Of a stretch of 25,506 nucleotides of DNA, positions 17,157 through 24,991 are shown one piece after another. Each line of letters begins with the position of its first letter. The first letter of the stretch is position 1. Position numbers and translations under genes: made by a program. Where the stretch lies: positions 1 to 25,506 of the forward strand of contig JAHFOH010000004.1 in NCBI GenBank assembly GCA_023266955.1. Direction: 5' to 3'. The notes under the pieces were generated by a model, which searched no databases, was not told the origin of the DNA, and was given only the letters and a program-made list of their open reading frames with translations. This DNA comes from Nitrososphaerota archaeon. GTDB taxonomy: Archaea > Thermoproteota > Nitrososphaeria > Nitrososphaerales > JAHFOH01.

Positions 17157-18098
17157 ATGCCGCGACTGCACCACCTGGACCCGCAGTACGTCCACTTCCG
17201 ATGGGATAACTCGCTATCACGCGCACTTACTATCGATTCCGGCGACACTGTAGTCTTCGACCTCCAAGAAAACAGCGCCGGTCAAATCACCCGCACCTCG
17301 ACCAGCGACGCGGTCGCCAAGCTCGACCGCAACAGGACGTACCCACTCGGTGGCCCCATCTACCTGCGCGACGCGAAACCTGGCGATGCGCTCGAAGTTC
17401 AAATTCTGAAGCTACAGCCCGCCGACTGGGGGTGGACCGCCATCCTTCCCGGCTTTGGCTTACTGAGCGAGGAGCTGCCCGGGCCCTACCTAGTCCATTG
17501 GGATCTCTCGAACAAGCCAACAGCAAAAGGGATTCGGGGTGCCGCTGTGCCTATCGAGCCCTTCTGTGGCGTCATGGGAGTCGCCCCCGACGAACCGGGC
17601 TCCTTTCACCCCACTCCACCCGGCAAATTTGGAGGCAACATGGACATTCGCCATCTGACCGCCAGCAGCACACTGCGCTTGCCTGTCTGGGTGGATGGTG
17701 CGCTCTTCTCTTGCGGGGACTGCCACAGCGCCCAAGGGGATGGTGAGGTCTGCGGGTTTGGGATTGAAACGTCGATGCGGGTCACGCTGCGCTTCTACCT
17801 CCGGAGGCAGCTCCGCCTGACCTCGGCGGAGTTCGTCACTCGGAATGGGCTCACGCCGCGCACTGACCGCCGCGGCTATTACGTGACTACGGGCATCCGC
17901 TCCGACCTCATGGAAGGCGCACGTGAAGCGGTCCGTCAGATGATCGCCCACCTGATGGGTGCCTACGGTTTGAGTCGCCTTGATGCTTACGTGCTCTGCA
18001 GCGTCGCCGTCGACCTGAAGGTCAGCGAAGTGGTGGACAAGCCCAACTGGATCGTCTCCGCCTACCTGCCACTAAGCGTCATGCGCCGGACGGGTTAG
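17157..18098 (+). CDS. Acetamidase/formamidase family protein
   Basis: HFRWDNS, SGDTVVF, GGPIYLRDAKPGDALEVQI, PGKFGGNMDI, GDCHSAQGDGEVCG, AYVLCSVAVDL. Confidence 0.9.
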   Translation: MPRLHHLDPQYVHFRWDNSLSRALTIDSGDTVVFDLQENSAGQITRTSTSDAVAKLDRNRTYPLGGPIYLRDAKPGDALEVQILKLQPADWGWTAILPGFGLLSEELPGPYLVHWDLSNKPTAKGIRGAAVPIEPFCGVMGVAPDEPGSFHPTPPGKFGGNMDIRHLTASSTLRLPVWVDGALFSCGDCHSAQGDGEVCGFGIETSMRVTLRFYLRRQLRLTSAEFVTRNGLTPRTDRRGYYVTTGIRSDLMEGAREAVRQMIAHLMGAYGLSRLDAYVLCSVAVDLKVSEVVDKPNWIVSAYLPLSVMRRTG

Positions 18099-18264
18099 AT
18101 CAGCTTTGAACAGGAGCTGCGGGCTCTGGCTCGATGCGGGCATTCTGCCGCTCACCTGCAAACTCGGAGGAAACAGTGAACGCAAACACGCGAAGATGCA
18201 AATTGACTGGGAGAGCAGTCGACGGAGCTAAGATTATCCTTCATTTTATTCCTTGGATTGTAGT

Positions 18265-19668
18265 TCAGTGTTTTCCGAGACCAAAAGCTGAGTGAATAAC
18301 CCTAACCGCTTCTCGACTGTCGTTCTCCTTAACGACGAAAGATATGTTTAGCTCAGATGAGCCTTGAGCAACCATCCTCACGTTAATGCCCTTCGCGGCT
18401 ACGGCCCCGAAGACCTTCGCGGCAATCCCTGGCGTTCCCTTCATTCCAGCCCCTACGACTGCGATTACATTAACGTCATCCTCTGAAACTACTTCCTTCA
18501 CCTCTCCTCTTCCGAGGAGCGCTATTTCGAGGGCGTTGACGGCTCTTTGAACCATATTCCTCTTGACTACCATGCTTATGTTAGATTCTGAGACGCTTTG
18601 GGATATCATGAGAACATTTACTCCGTTTCTGCCCATCAGATCGAAGATCTTGGCTGCACTTCCTGGACGCCCAACCATGCTAGCTCCGGAGACAGTAATG
18701 ACGGCCACATCCTTCACTAGAGCTACGGACTTGACGATCTGGTTAGTGTCTAACTTCGTCGCTTCGGTTATCTTCGTCCCCGCATTTTGAGGGTTGAAGG
18801 TGTTCCTGATTCTTACCGGAATTCTCTTTTCCGCCACAGGCTCCAGAGCTCGTGGGTGCATAGCCTTAGCTCCGAAGACTGCCATCTCGCCCGCCTCTGC
18901 GTACGATACTTCATCAAGTAGTCTTGCTTCAGGTGCGATCTTGGGATCGCAAGTCATCAGTCCGTCTACATCACTCCATATCCAAACTTCATCGGCTTCA
19001 ATTGCCGACGCTACAATAGTAGCAGTAAAATCAGATCCGCCTCGACCCAGAGTGGTTATCTCTCCGTTTTGCGTCAAAGCTATGTAGCCCGTGATTACAG
19101 GCGTGGTGCGAGAAGATAGTAATGAGTCTAGAGTTTCCTTCACCTGAAGTCTGGTGACCTCCATTAGAGGGTAAGCGTCGCCGAAGTTTTCGTCGGTTAC
19201 TATGCCGCATTCGCCTCCCATGAGATACTTTGCGTGAAGACCCAAGTCCATAAGGGCGCCCCAAACGATAGGTGTGGATAGTCTTTCTCCGCATGAGAGA
19301 ATCCTGTCCTTCGAGCGGGGTGTGAGTTCTCGAAGAACGGCCACTGCCGCAGCTGACTTCTCTAATTCGTCCATTCCTGATTTCAAATATTCCGAAACCT
19401 TCCGTCGAATTTCTTGATCCTTTACCGCATCGTCAAGCGCTAGCCGGTGCCTTTCCTTTAAGGACGAAACAGACTTTTCAACGGCGTCGATGGCTCCCTC
19501 ACGTGCATTCTCCGTCAGCTCAATGAGTCGCTCGGTCACACCTTCCATGGCCGAGGCAACCAAAACGATCTCGTTGCTATGGCTATGGCTCTTTACTAGT
19601 TCGGCGATATGTCTAATCCTCTTCCCGTCATCCAATGAAGTCCCACCGAACTTCATCACAAGTTTCAT
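18265..19668 (-). CDS. lysC: Aspartate kinase with two C-terminal ACT domains
   Basis: VMKFGGTS, SAMEGVT, GERLS, TTLGRGGSDFTA, WSDVDG..DP, GAKAMHP, MISQSVSE, QGSSELNIS; ATGA overlap with hom. Confidence 0.95.
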   Translation of the reverse strand: MKLVMKFGGTSLDDGKRIRHIAELVKSHSHSNEIVLVASAMEGVTERLIELTENAREGAIDAVEKSVSSLKERHRLALDDAVKDQEIRRKVSEYLKSGMDELEKSAAAVAVLRELTPRSKDRILSCGERLSTPIVWGALMDLGLHAKYLMGGECGIVTDENFGDAYPLMEVTRLQVKETLDSLLSSRTTPVITGYIALTQNGEITTLGRGGSDFTATIVASAIEADEVWIWSDVDGLMTCDPKIAPEARLLDEVSYAEAGEMAVFGAKAMHPRALEPVAEKRIPVRIRNTFNPQNAGTKITEATKLDTNQIVKSVALVKDVAVITVSGASMVGRPGSAAKIFDLMGRNGVNVLMISQSVSESNISMVVKRNMVQRAVNALEIALLGRGEVKEVVSEDDVNVIAVVGAGMKGTPGIAAKVFGAVAAKGINVRMVAQGSSELNISFVVKENDSREAVRVIHSAFGLGKH

Positions 19669-20678
19669 GTTTGACTCCTTCCAGACAGCTGATCTCTGAT
19701 CTCGAGAAGGTCTCGAAGAACTGAGGATGCGGTTTCCATGCCTCCTGCACCTCTCCCAACAACCACTTTCTCACCTGAATATTCACAAAGGAATTTTACA
19801 GCGTTGTACGGACCGCTTACAAACAAAGGGTCCCTCCTGTCAATCTCAGAGGGAGAGACGCTGAATTCGTCGTCGGCGGAAGCTAAAAGCCTGATACCTT
19901 TCCCTCGATCTCGGGCATTGTGTAAATCTTCACGAGATACTTTCCCAATCCCTCTTATTTTCACATCTCTTAGAGTAGGTCTTTGACTCATCAGGGAGTT
20001 AACTATAATCACGAGCTTTACCGCAGTGTCGACTCCTTCCACATCCAGTGAAGCGTCAGCCTCTGCATACCTTTCCTTTTGAGCGTACTTCAGAGCTTCC
20101 TCAAAGGTTGAGTTATTCTGCTCCATCTGGGTGAGAATTAAATTCGTGGTTGCATTCAGGACTCCCTTGAGGCCAATAATCCTGTCACCTCTGGAACACA
20201 CCTTGCCGAAATCAAGGATTGGTGTACCAGCACCTACAGCACCGCTAAACTTCAGGTGGACATTGTTGTATCTGGCAAGCTCTAGGAGAGCGTGAAACGC
20301 CCTTGCAAGAGGTCCCTTGTTCGTAGTGATTACGCTTTTTTTAGCTTGGAGCGATGCCTTGATGTGTGATAATCCTGGCTCACCAGTCTTGAAGTTTGTT
20401 GGGGTAGTTTCGATGAGCACATCGGCCTCGATCCTTCTGATAAGTTCTACCGGCAACTCGTGTGTTTTATCTTCCGCTACCGTTCCCTTCTCGTATTTCG
20501 TTTTTAGGGCCATTTCGAGATCCAGACCTTTCTCGTTTACAACGGCTCCTCGGCTGTCTGCTATGCCGACGACCCTCGGGCGCATACCGAAATCCGTGAT
20601 CAATTGCTTTTCTTTCATTATGAGCAGCTTTGCTACACTCTGCCCCACTGCACCGAAGCCTACCATCACCAGTCTCAA
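19665..20678 (-). CDS. hom: Homoserine dehydrogenase (no C-terminal ACT domain)
   Basis: VMVGFGAVG, TNKGPLA, VGAGTPI, NATTN, AEADASLDVEGVD, GRGAGG. The start is more likely TTG 20678 (MRLVMVGFG, after GAGG/GGTG) than GTG 20702. Confidence 0.93.
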   Translation of the reverse strand: MRLVMVGFGAVGQSVAKLLIMKEKQLITDFGMRPRVVGIADSRGAVVNEKGLDLEMALKTKYEKGTVAEDKTHELPVELIRRIEADVLIETTPTNFKTGEPGLSHIKASLQAKKSVITTNKGPLARAFHALLELARYNNVHLKFSGAVGAGTPILDFGKVCSRGDRIIGLKGVLNATTNLILTQMEQNNSTFEEALKYAQKERYAEADASLDVEGVDTAVKLVIIVNSLMSQRPTLRDVKIRGIGKVSREDLHNARDRGKGIRLLASADDEFSVSPSEIDRRDPLFVSGPYNAVKFLCEYSGEKVVVGRGAGGMETASSVLRDLLEIRDQLSGRSQT

Positions 20679-20720
20679 TGCGGCCGCACCAAGCCTCTTC
20701 ACGTGCTGTTTTTGAATACT

Positions 20721-20738
20721 CTAAGTTGTGACAGTCAT
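20721..20738 (-). other. Thr-rich minigene MTVTT* upstream of hom-lysC
   Basis: ATG ACT GTC ACA ACT TAG in the pheA-hom spacer, in frame with hom. Confidence 0.3.
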
Positions 20739-20757
20739 GCTCTAGAAAGCTCACGCG

Positions 20758-21591
20758 CTACGATTCTTTAGCCTTTGGATAAGATCCCAGTGCCTTGGTG
20801 AAGGCAGCTATACGTTCAAGATCGGCTAACGCTTCCTTACATTTCACGTCAGAGATGTGCCCCTCAAAGTCTAAGAAGAAATGGTACTCCCAAGGCTTCT
20901 GCCTAGTTGGCCTCGATTCAATCCTAGTTAGATTGATGCCCCTCTTCGCAAATGGTTCCATTGCTTGATAAAGCGTGCCAGGCTTATGCGCCACCGAGAA
21001 TACTATTGACGTCTTGTCACGGCCAGTAGGGCCTGATTCATCTTTTGAAATAACAAAGAACCTCGTGTAGTTATTGGGCTGGTCTTGAATCCCTCTGGCA
21101 AGGACCTGCATGCCGTACGCATCAGCTGAGATTTCGCCTGCTATCGCAGCGGCCTGCTTCATGTTACGCTCCTTAAGCATCTTCACACTGCCAGCCGTAT
21201 CATAGGCGGGAATTATCTCCCACACTTTTCCTTCTAGGAACTTTCTACACTGTGACAACGCCTGAGGATGCGAGTAAACTGCTTCAATGTCAGCAATATT
21301 TGTGCCAGTATGGGCTATCAGGCAGTGGATAATTTTTAGTTCGATTTCACCACCAACTTTGAGACTCGAGCGCAAGAGAAGGTCGTACGTTTCATTTACA
21401 CTCCCTTCTAAGGAATTCTCGACTGGCACAACTGCGTATGGGACTGCTCCCTTTTCGACAGCGTCGAAGACCTCATGGAGAGTCCTAAGAGCTTCGGTCA
21501 TAACCGTGTTCCCGAAATGGGAGAATACAGCTTGCTCGCTATACGCCCCATGTTCGCCCTGAAATGCAACGACGTTTCCTTCTTTCTGCAC
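20758..21591 (-). CDS. pheA: Prephenate dehydratase (PDT + ACT, no chorismate mutase domain)
   Basis: AFQGEHGAYS, PVENSLEGSV, SHPQALSQC, NYTRF, LTRIESRP, WEYHFFLD. Confidence 0.96.
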   Translation of the reverse strand: MQKEGNVVAFQGEHGAYSEQAVFSHFGNTVMTEALRTLHEVFDAVEKGAVPYAVVPVENSLEGSVNETYDLLLRSSLKVGGEIELKIIHCLIAHTGTNIADIEAVYSHPQALSQCRKFLEGKVWEIIPAYDTAGSVKMLKERNMKQAAAIAGEISADAYGMQVLARGIQDQPNNYTRFFVISKDESGPTGRDKTSIVFSVAHKPGTLYQAMEPFAKRGINLTRIESRPTRQKPWEYHFFLDFEGHISDVKCKEALADLERIAAFTKALGSYPKAKES

Positions 21592-21619
21592 TTTGAAAAG
21601 GAACCGGCACGACCTAGCG

Positions 21620-21626
21620 ATATAAG
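21620..21626 (-). promoter_or_regulatory. TATA box (CTTATAT) for pheA-hom-lysC
   Basis: 28 nt upstream of GTG 21591. Confidence 0.55.
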
Positions 21627-21670
21627 GGCATCATGAATTGATGAAATCCGTAGAACTTCTTCGCGTTAGT

Positions 21671-21682
21671 CAAACTTTATAT
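21671..21682 (+). promoter_or_regulatory. BRE/TATA promoter (CAAAC-TTTATAT) of the aromatic operon
   Basis: TTTATAT at 21676-21682, about 210 nt upstream of the aspartokinase ATG and 41 nt upstream of a short ORF. Confidence 0.65.
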
Positions 21683-21723
21683 GAGTGGATTACGCGAGGG
21701 TGGCTATCAAGGTGGAGGCGATA

Positions 21724-21792
21724 ATGCGAGGCGATTACGTTTACATTAGCGAGAGTGGTTACCTTTTCGAGCTCGCCTCTATCGTCGGCTAG
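21724..21792 (+). CDS. Putative aromatic-operon leader peptide (22 aa; 3 Tyr + 1 Phe)
   Basis: MRGDYVYISESGYLFELASIVG*, with a strong RBS (AAGGTGGAGG; GGAGG 5 nt before ATG), just downstream of the TATA box. Confidence 0.6.
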   Translation: MRGDYVYISESGYLFELASIVG

Positions 21793-21894
21793 CATCTTAC
21801 CAAATATTCTAAGCGCGCTGTTACGCAATTTCTCCTCGAATCAAGTCGAAGCTGTGCCTCTTCAGCTACGTGAGATTGCGACGGAGGAGTTCTA

Positions 21895-23112
21895 ATGAGT
21901 GAAACTGTTGTAGTGAAGTTTGGCGGGTCGGTTTTGGAGAATGACCAGAAGATTCGTCGCGCAGCGGGCATGATTGAACAGATGCTAAAGGAATCGAAGG
22001 TGGTGGTTGTAGTTTCTGCTCTTAAGGGCACAACTGACGGTCTTATCAGGACGGCCCGAAGGCTTAACCCTAGAGCTTCAAAGGAACTCCTCGACGATAT
22101 CCTTGCCATGGGCGAGAAAACGAGTGCAAGGCTTTTCGCTGCTGCACTCTCAAGATTCGGCCTGAAACCTGTCGTAGTTGACCCCGGATCAGAGTACTGG
22201 CCAATTGTTACTGACGAGGGTCATCTGGATGCGAATCCCCTCTACGAAGAGACGTCAAAATTGATCAGAGAGAGGATAGTTCCGATCCTGCAGTCTGGAG
22301 CCGTGCCTATAGTCTGTGGGTTCCTTGGGCTCACTAAGTCTGGCAAGATTACGACGCTGGGCCGCGGGGGGAGTGATACTACAGCAACGCTGCTAGGCAG
22401 CTGTCTTCAAGCGAGAGAGGTTGTGTTGGTGAAGGATACGGAAGGGGTTTTCTCCAGCGATCCTGATAAGGTCACGAATCCGGTTCCTCTTGAGAGGTTG
22501 AATCTCGAAGAGGCCCAAATTCTGACTGCTGGTGGAGCTAAGTTTCTTCATAAGAAAGCACTAAAGTACTTGCAGAATGGAATCAAAGTAAGAATAGCCA
22601 GTCTAACCAGCGCCCCACTTACAGGAACCGTAATCGTCGGAGACATTCCTGATCTCTCATTGACACGTTCTGCAAGCGACATAACAATGTTCACTATTTT
22701 GGCGGACGATGTGATCGACGCTACAAAACTCTCCTTCATCATCGACGAGATCAAGAAAGCTGGGCGGGCAATTGCTGGCTTGACTGTCGAAGAAAAGTCG
22801 ATGATTGTCTATGTGGAAGGCGGGAAGAGTCTTCTTGTGAAAATTCATGACGTTATGTTAAAGCACCATATTGGGAAGGCGCTCACTTCGTTTGAAAATC
22901 TCTCGATAATAATTGTGAAGGGAAAGGCTCTTGAGACAAGCCCAGGTATGGTCCAAAGAGTTACCCAGCCCCTAGCACGAAAAGGGATCAACATCTACGG
23001 TCTGGAAACCATTGGTTCATCGATCAGGGTCTTCGTTTCAGAAGAAGACGCCGATAGAGCTCTCTCCTTGATAAAATCCGCATTGATGGTGAGCAATCAT
23101 GCAGGAAGTTAG
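21895..23112 (+). CDS. Second aspartate kinase (shorter archaeal type), first gene of the aromatic operon
   Basis: VVKFGGSV, SALKGTTD, MGEKTSA, TTLGRGGSDTTA, DTEGVFSSDP, GAKFLH, C-terminal ACT-like PG..RV..L...INI; RBS GGAGG. Confidence 0.9.
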   Translation: MSETVVVKFGGSVLENDQKIRRAAGMIEQMLKESKVVVVVSALKGTTDGLIRTARRLNPRASKELLDDILAMGEKTSARLFAAALSRFGLKPVVVDPGSEYWPIVTDEGHLDANPLYEETSKLIRERIVPILQSGAVPIVCGFLGLTKSGKITTLGRGGSDTTATLLGSCLQAREVVLVKDTEGVFSSDPDKVTNPVPLERLNLEEAQILTAGGAKFLHKKALKYLQNGIKVRIASLTSAPLTGTVIVGDIPDLSLTRSASDITMFTILADDVIDATKLSFIIDEIKKAGRAIAGLTVEEKSMIVYVEGGKSLLVKIHDVMLKHHIGKALTSFENLSIIIVKGKALETSPGMVQRVTQPLARKGINIYGLETIGSSIRVFVSEEDADRALSLIKSALMVSNHAGS

Positions 23113-23135
23113 GCTTGCAGGAGTTTAGTTAGACC

Positions 23136-23924
23136 ATGGTGTTCGGAAAGCAAGTCAGACTTTCGAGGATCACATCGAACGGTAGAATGCTATGTGTACC
23201 GTTTGATCATGGGGTAAGTATCGGACCGGTAAAAGGGTTGGACACGATATCAGAAACGATAGAGAAGGTTGAACAGGGAGGCGCAACAGCCATACTGGTT
23301 CACAAAGGGATCATTAGGACACTCGCCAAGCCGACTAGAGTGGGAGTTATCATGCATTTATCAGCCAGCACATCGCTCGGCCCCGCTCCAAATCGCAAGG
23401 TTTGGGTTGCCAGCGTTGAAGAAGCCATTAGGCTAGGTGCAGATGCGGTATCCGTTCACGTCAATGTGGGCAGCAAGGAGGAACCGGAAATGCTCGTCAA
23501 ATTAGGAACCGTCGCCGATGAGTGCGACAAATGGCAGATCCCATTCATTGCAATGATGTATCCCCGGGGAGAAGGTATCAAGGATCCTAACGATCCGGAC
23601 ACTTTAGCTCACGTGGCAAGAATCGGAGCAGAACTCGGAGCGGACATCGTGAAAACCCCATACACTGGAGACACGGATTCTTTCAGAAAGGTCGTAAGAG
23701 GATGTCCTGCACCAGTAGTCATAGCGGGAGGACCCAAGTCGGATAGTGATCACGAAGTCCTCCAAACGGCTTCAGGAGCAATGAAGGCTGGAGCCTACGG
23801 AGTAACGTTCGGAAGAAACGTCTTCCAGCATGAAGATCCGGTGAAGATGGTTCGCGCTCTATCCTTAGTCGTTCTTGAAAACCGCTCTGTCGAAGATGCG
23901 CTAGAGGTCTTCAAAGGTGGCTGA
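23136..23924 (+). CDS. aroA': 2-amino-3,7-dideoxy-D-threo-hept-6-ulosonate (ADH) synthase, class I aldolase family
   Basis: PFDHG, HKGI, HLSASTS, AVSVHVNVG, AMMYPRG, ELGADIVKT, IAGGPK, GRNVFQ; immediately upstream of DHQ synthase II. Confidence 0.9.
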   Translation: MVFGKQVRLSRITSNGRMLCVPFDHGVSIGPVKGLDTISETIEKVEQGGATAILVHKGIIRTLAKPTRVGVIMHLSASTSLGPAPNRKVWVASVEEAIRLGADAVSVHVNVGSKEEPEMLVKLGTVADECDKWQIPFIAMMYPRGEGIKDPNDPDTLAHVARIGAELGADIVKTPYTGDTDSFRKVVRGCPAPVVIAGGPKSDSDHEVLQTASGAMKAGAYGVTFGRNVFQHEDPVKMVRALSLVVLENRSVEDALEVFKGG

Positions 23925-24987
23925 ACACTCGAAAGAGATAGTAGTAGACCTAAATCAGAACCTTGCAAGCAAGTTTAGCGAGCAAGCTGTCAAAGTAGGC
24001 ATCAGGTCGTTTCTGGGTAATCCAGAGTCTCTACCACCTGACGTGAGGAGTATCGCAAAGGTCTACTCAACTTCGAGCAAGGGTGACGTACTTCTTCTCG
24101 GCTCTTTAGATGAGGCCCGACTAAACAGGTCTTCACAGAAGCCTTTTGCGCTCCAGCTGAAGTTAGCTTCGCCTAAAGATGTGCAGGAGGCCGTAGAGGC
24201 GTCAAGGCTTGGTGCTGACGCAATTATCGTTGAAACCGGTAGTTGGAAAATCATCCCTCTCGAGAACCTGATTGCGAAATTGCACAAGCACAACACTCGT
24301 ATCTTAGCGAAGATTGAGAGTCCCGATGAAATCGAGACTGTGTTTGGGATCCTCGAAGTAGGCGTAGATGGAGTAGTGCTTTCGCCAAAGAACGTTCAAG
24401 AACTCAGCAGAGCAGTTGAAGCGTTATCTTCGTTGAGACATTTTGATCTTAAGCCTGCTATAGTGACCGAAGTCAGAGATGTAGGCATCGGTGATAGGGC
24501 ATGTATAGACACCGCATCCATCTTGAAACTCGGAGAGGGAACTCTTGTTGGGAGCAGATCCAACTTCTTCTTTCTCATCCATAATGAATCAGTTGGATCC
24601 AGCTTCACTTCTCCTAGGCCATTTCGAGTCAACGCTGGTGCGGTTCATAGCTACACCCTGATGCCTGATGGTAAGACAAAGTATCTTTCTGAACTTCAAA
24701 GTGGAGAACGGGTCCTGATAGTCAATCACGAAGGAAGAGGAAGTATTGCAACAATTGGACGCATCAAGATTGAACGCAGGCCTTTGCGCCTAGTGAAAGC
24801 TGAAGTTGACGGAGAAGTTGGAACAGTACTAGTTCAAAACGCTGAGACAATAAGGTTTGTAGGAGTTGATGGAGGGGTCATAGCCGTTACGGAGCTAAAG
24901 CCTCAAGACAAGATATTGGTTCACGTAGGACAAACTCAGGGCAGACACTTTGGCCAGACAGTAGACGAGTTCATACTGGAGAAGTAA
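23917..24987 (+). CDS. aroB': 3-dehydroquinate synthase II (NAD-dependent, archaeal)
   Basis: WKIIPLENLIA, LEVGVDGV, GDRACIDT, RPFRVNAGAVHSY, KYLSEL, GRIKIERRPL, LVQNAETIR, GRHFG. Confidence 0.95.
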   Translation: MAEHSKEIVVDLNQNLASKFSEQAVKVGIRSFLGNPESLPPDVRSIAKVYSTSSKGDVLLLGSLDEARLNRSSQKPFALQLKLASPKDVQEAVEASRLGADAIIVETGSWKIIPLENLIAKLHKHNTRILAKIESPDEIETVFGILEVGVDGVVLSPKNVQELSRAVEALSSLRHFDLKPAIVTEVRDVGIGDRACIDTASILKLGEGTLVGSRSNFFFLIHNESVGSSFTSPRPFRVNAGAVHSYTLMPDGKTKYLSELQSGERVLIVNHEGRGSIATIGRIKIERRPLRLVKAEVDGEVGTVLVQNAETIRFVGVDGGVIAVTELKPQDKILVHVGQTQGRHFGQTVDEFILEK

Positions 24988-24991
24988 GAGC

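Noticed and set aside
18099-18264. Convergent spacer with a 32-codon plus-strand ORF (MRGILPLTCK..)
   Set aside because: No promoter or RBS and no family resemblance; treated as a terminator region.
20702-20754. ORF 20467-20754 and the GTG 20702 extension of hom
   Set aside because: The ORF overlaps hom out of frame with no motif; the extension adds a non-conserved KRLGAAA before the Rossmann strand.
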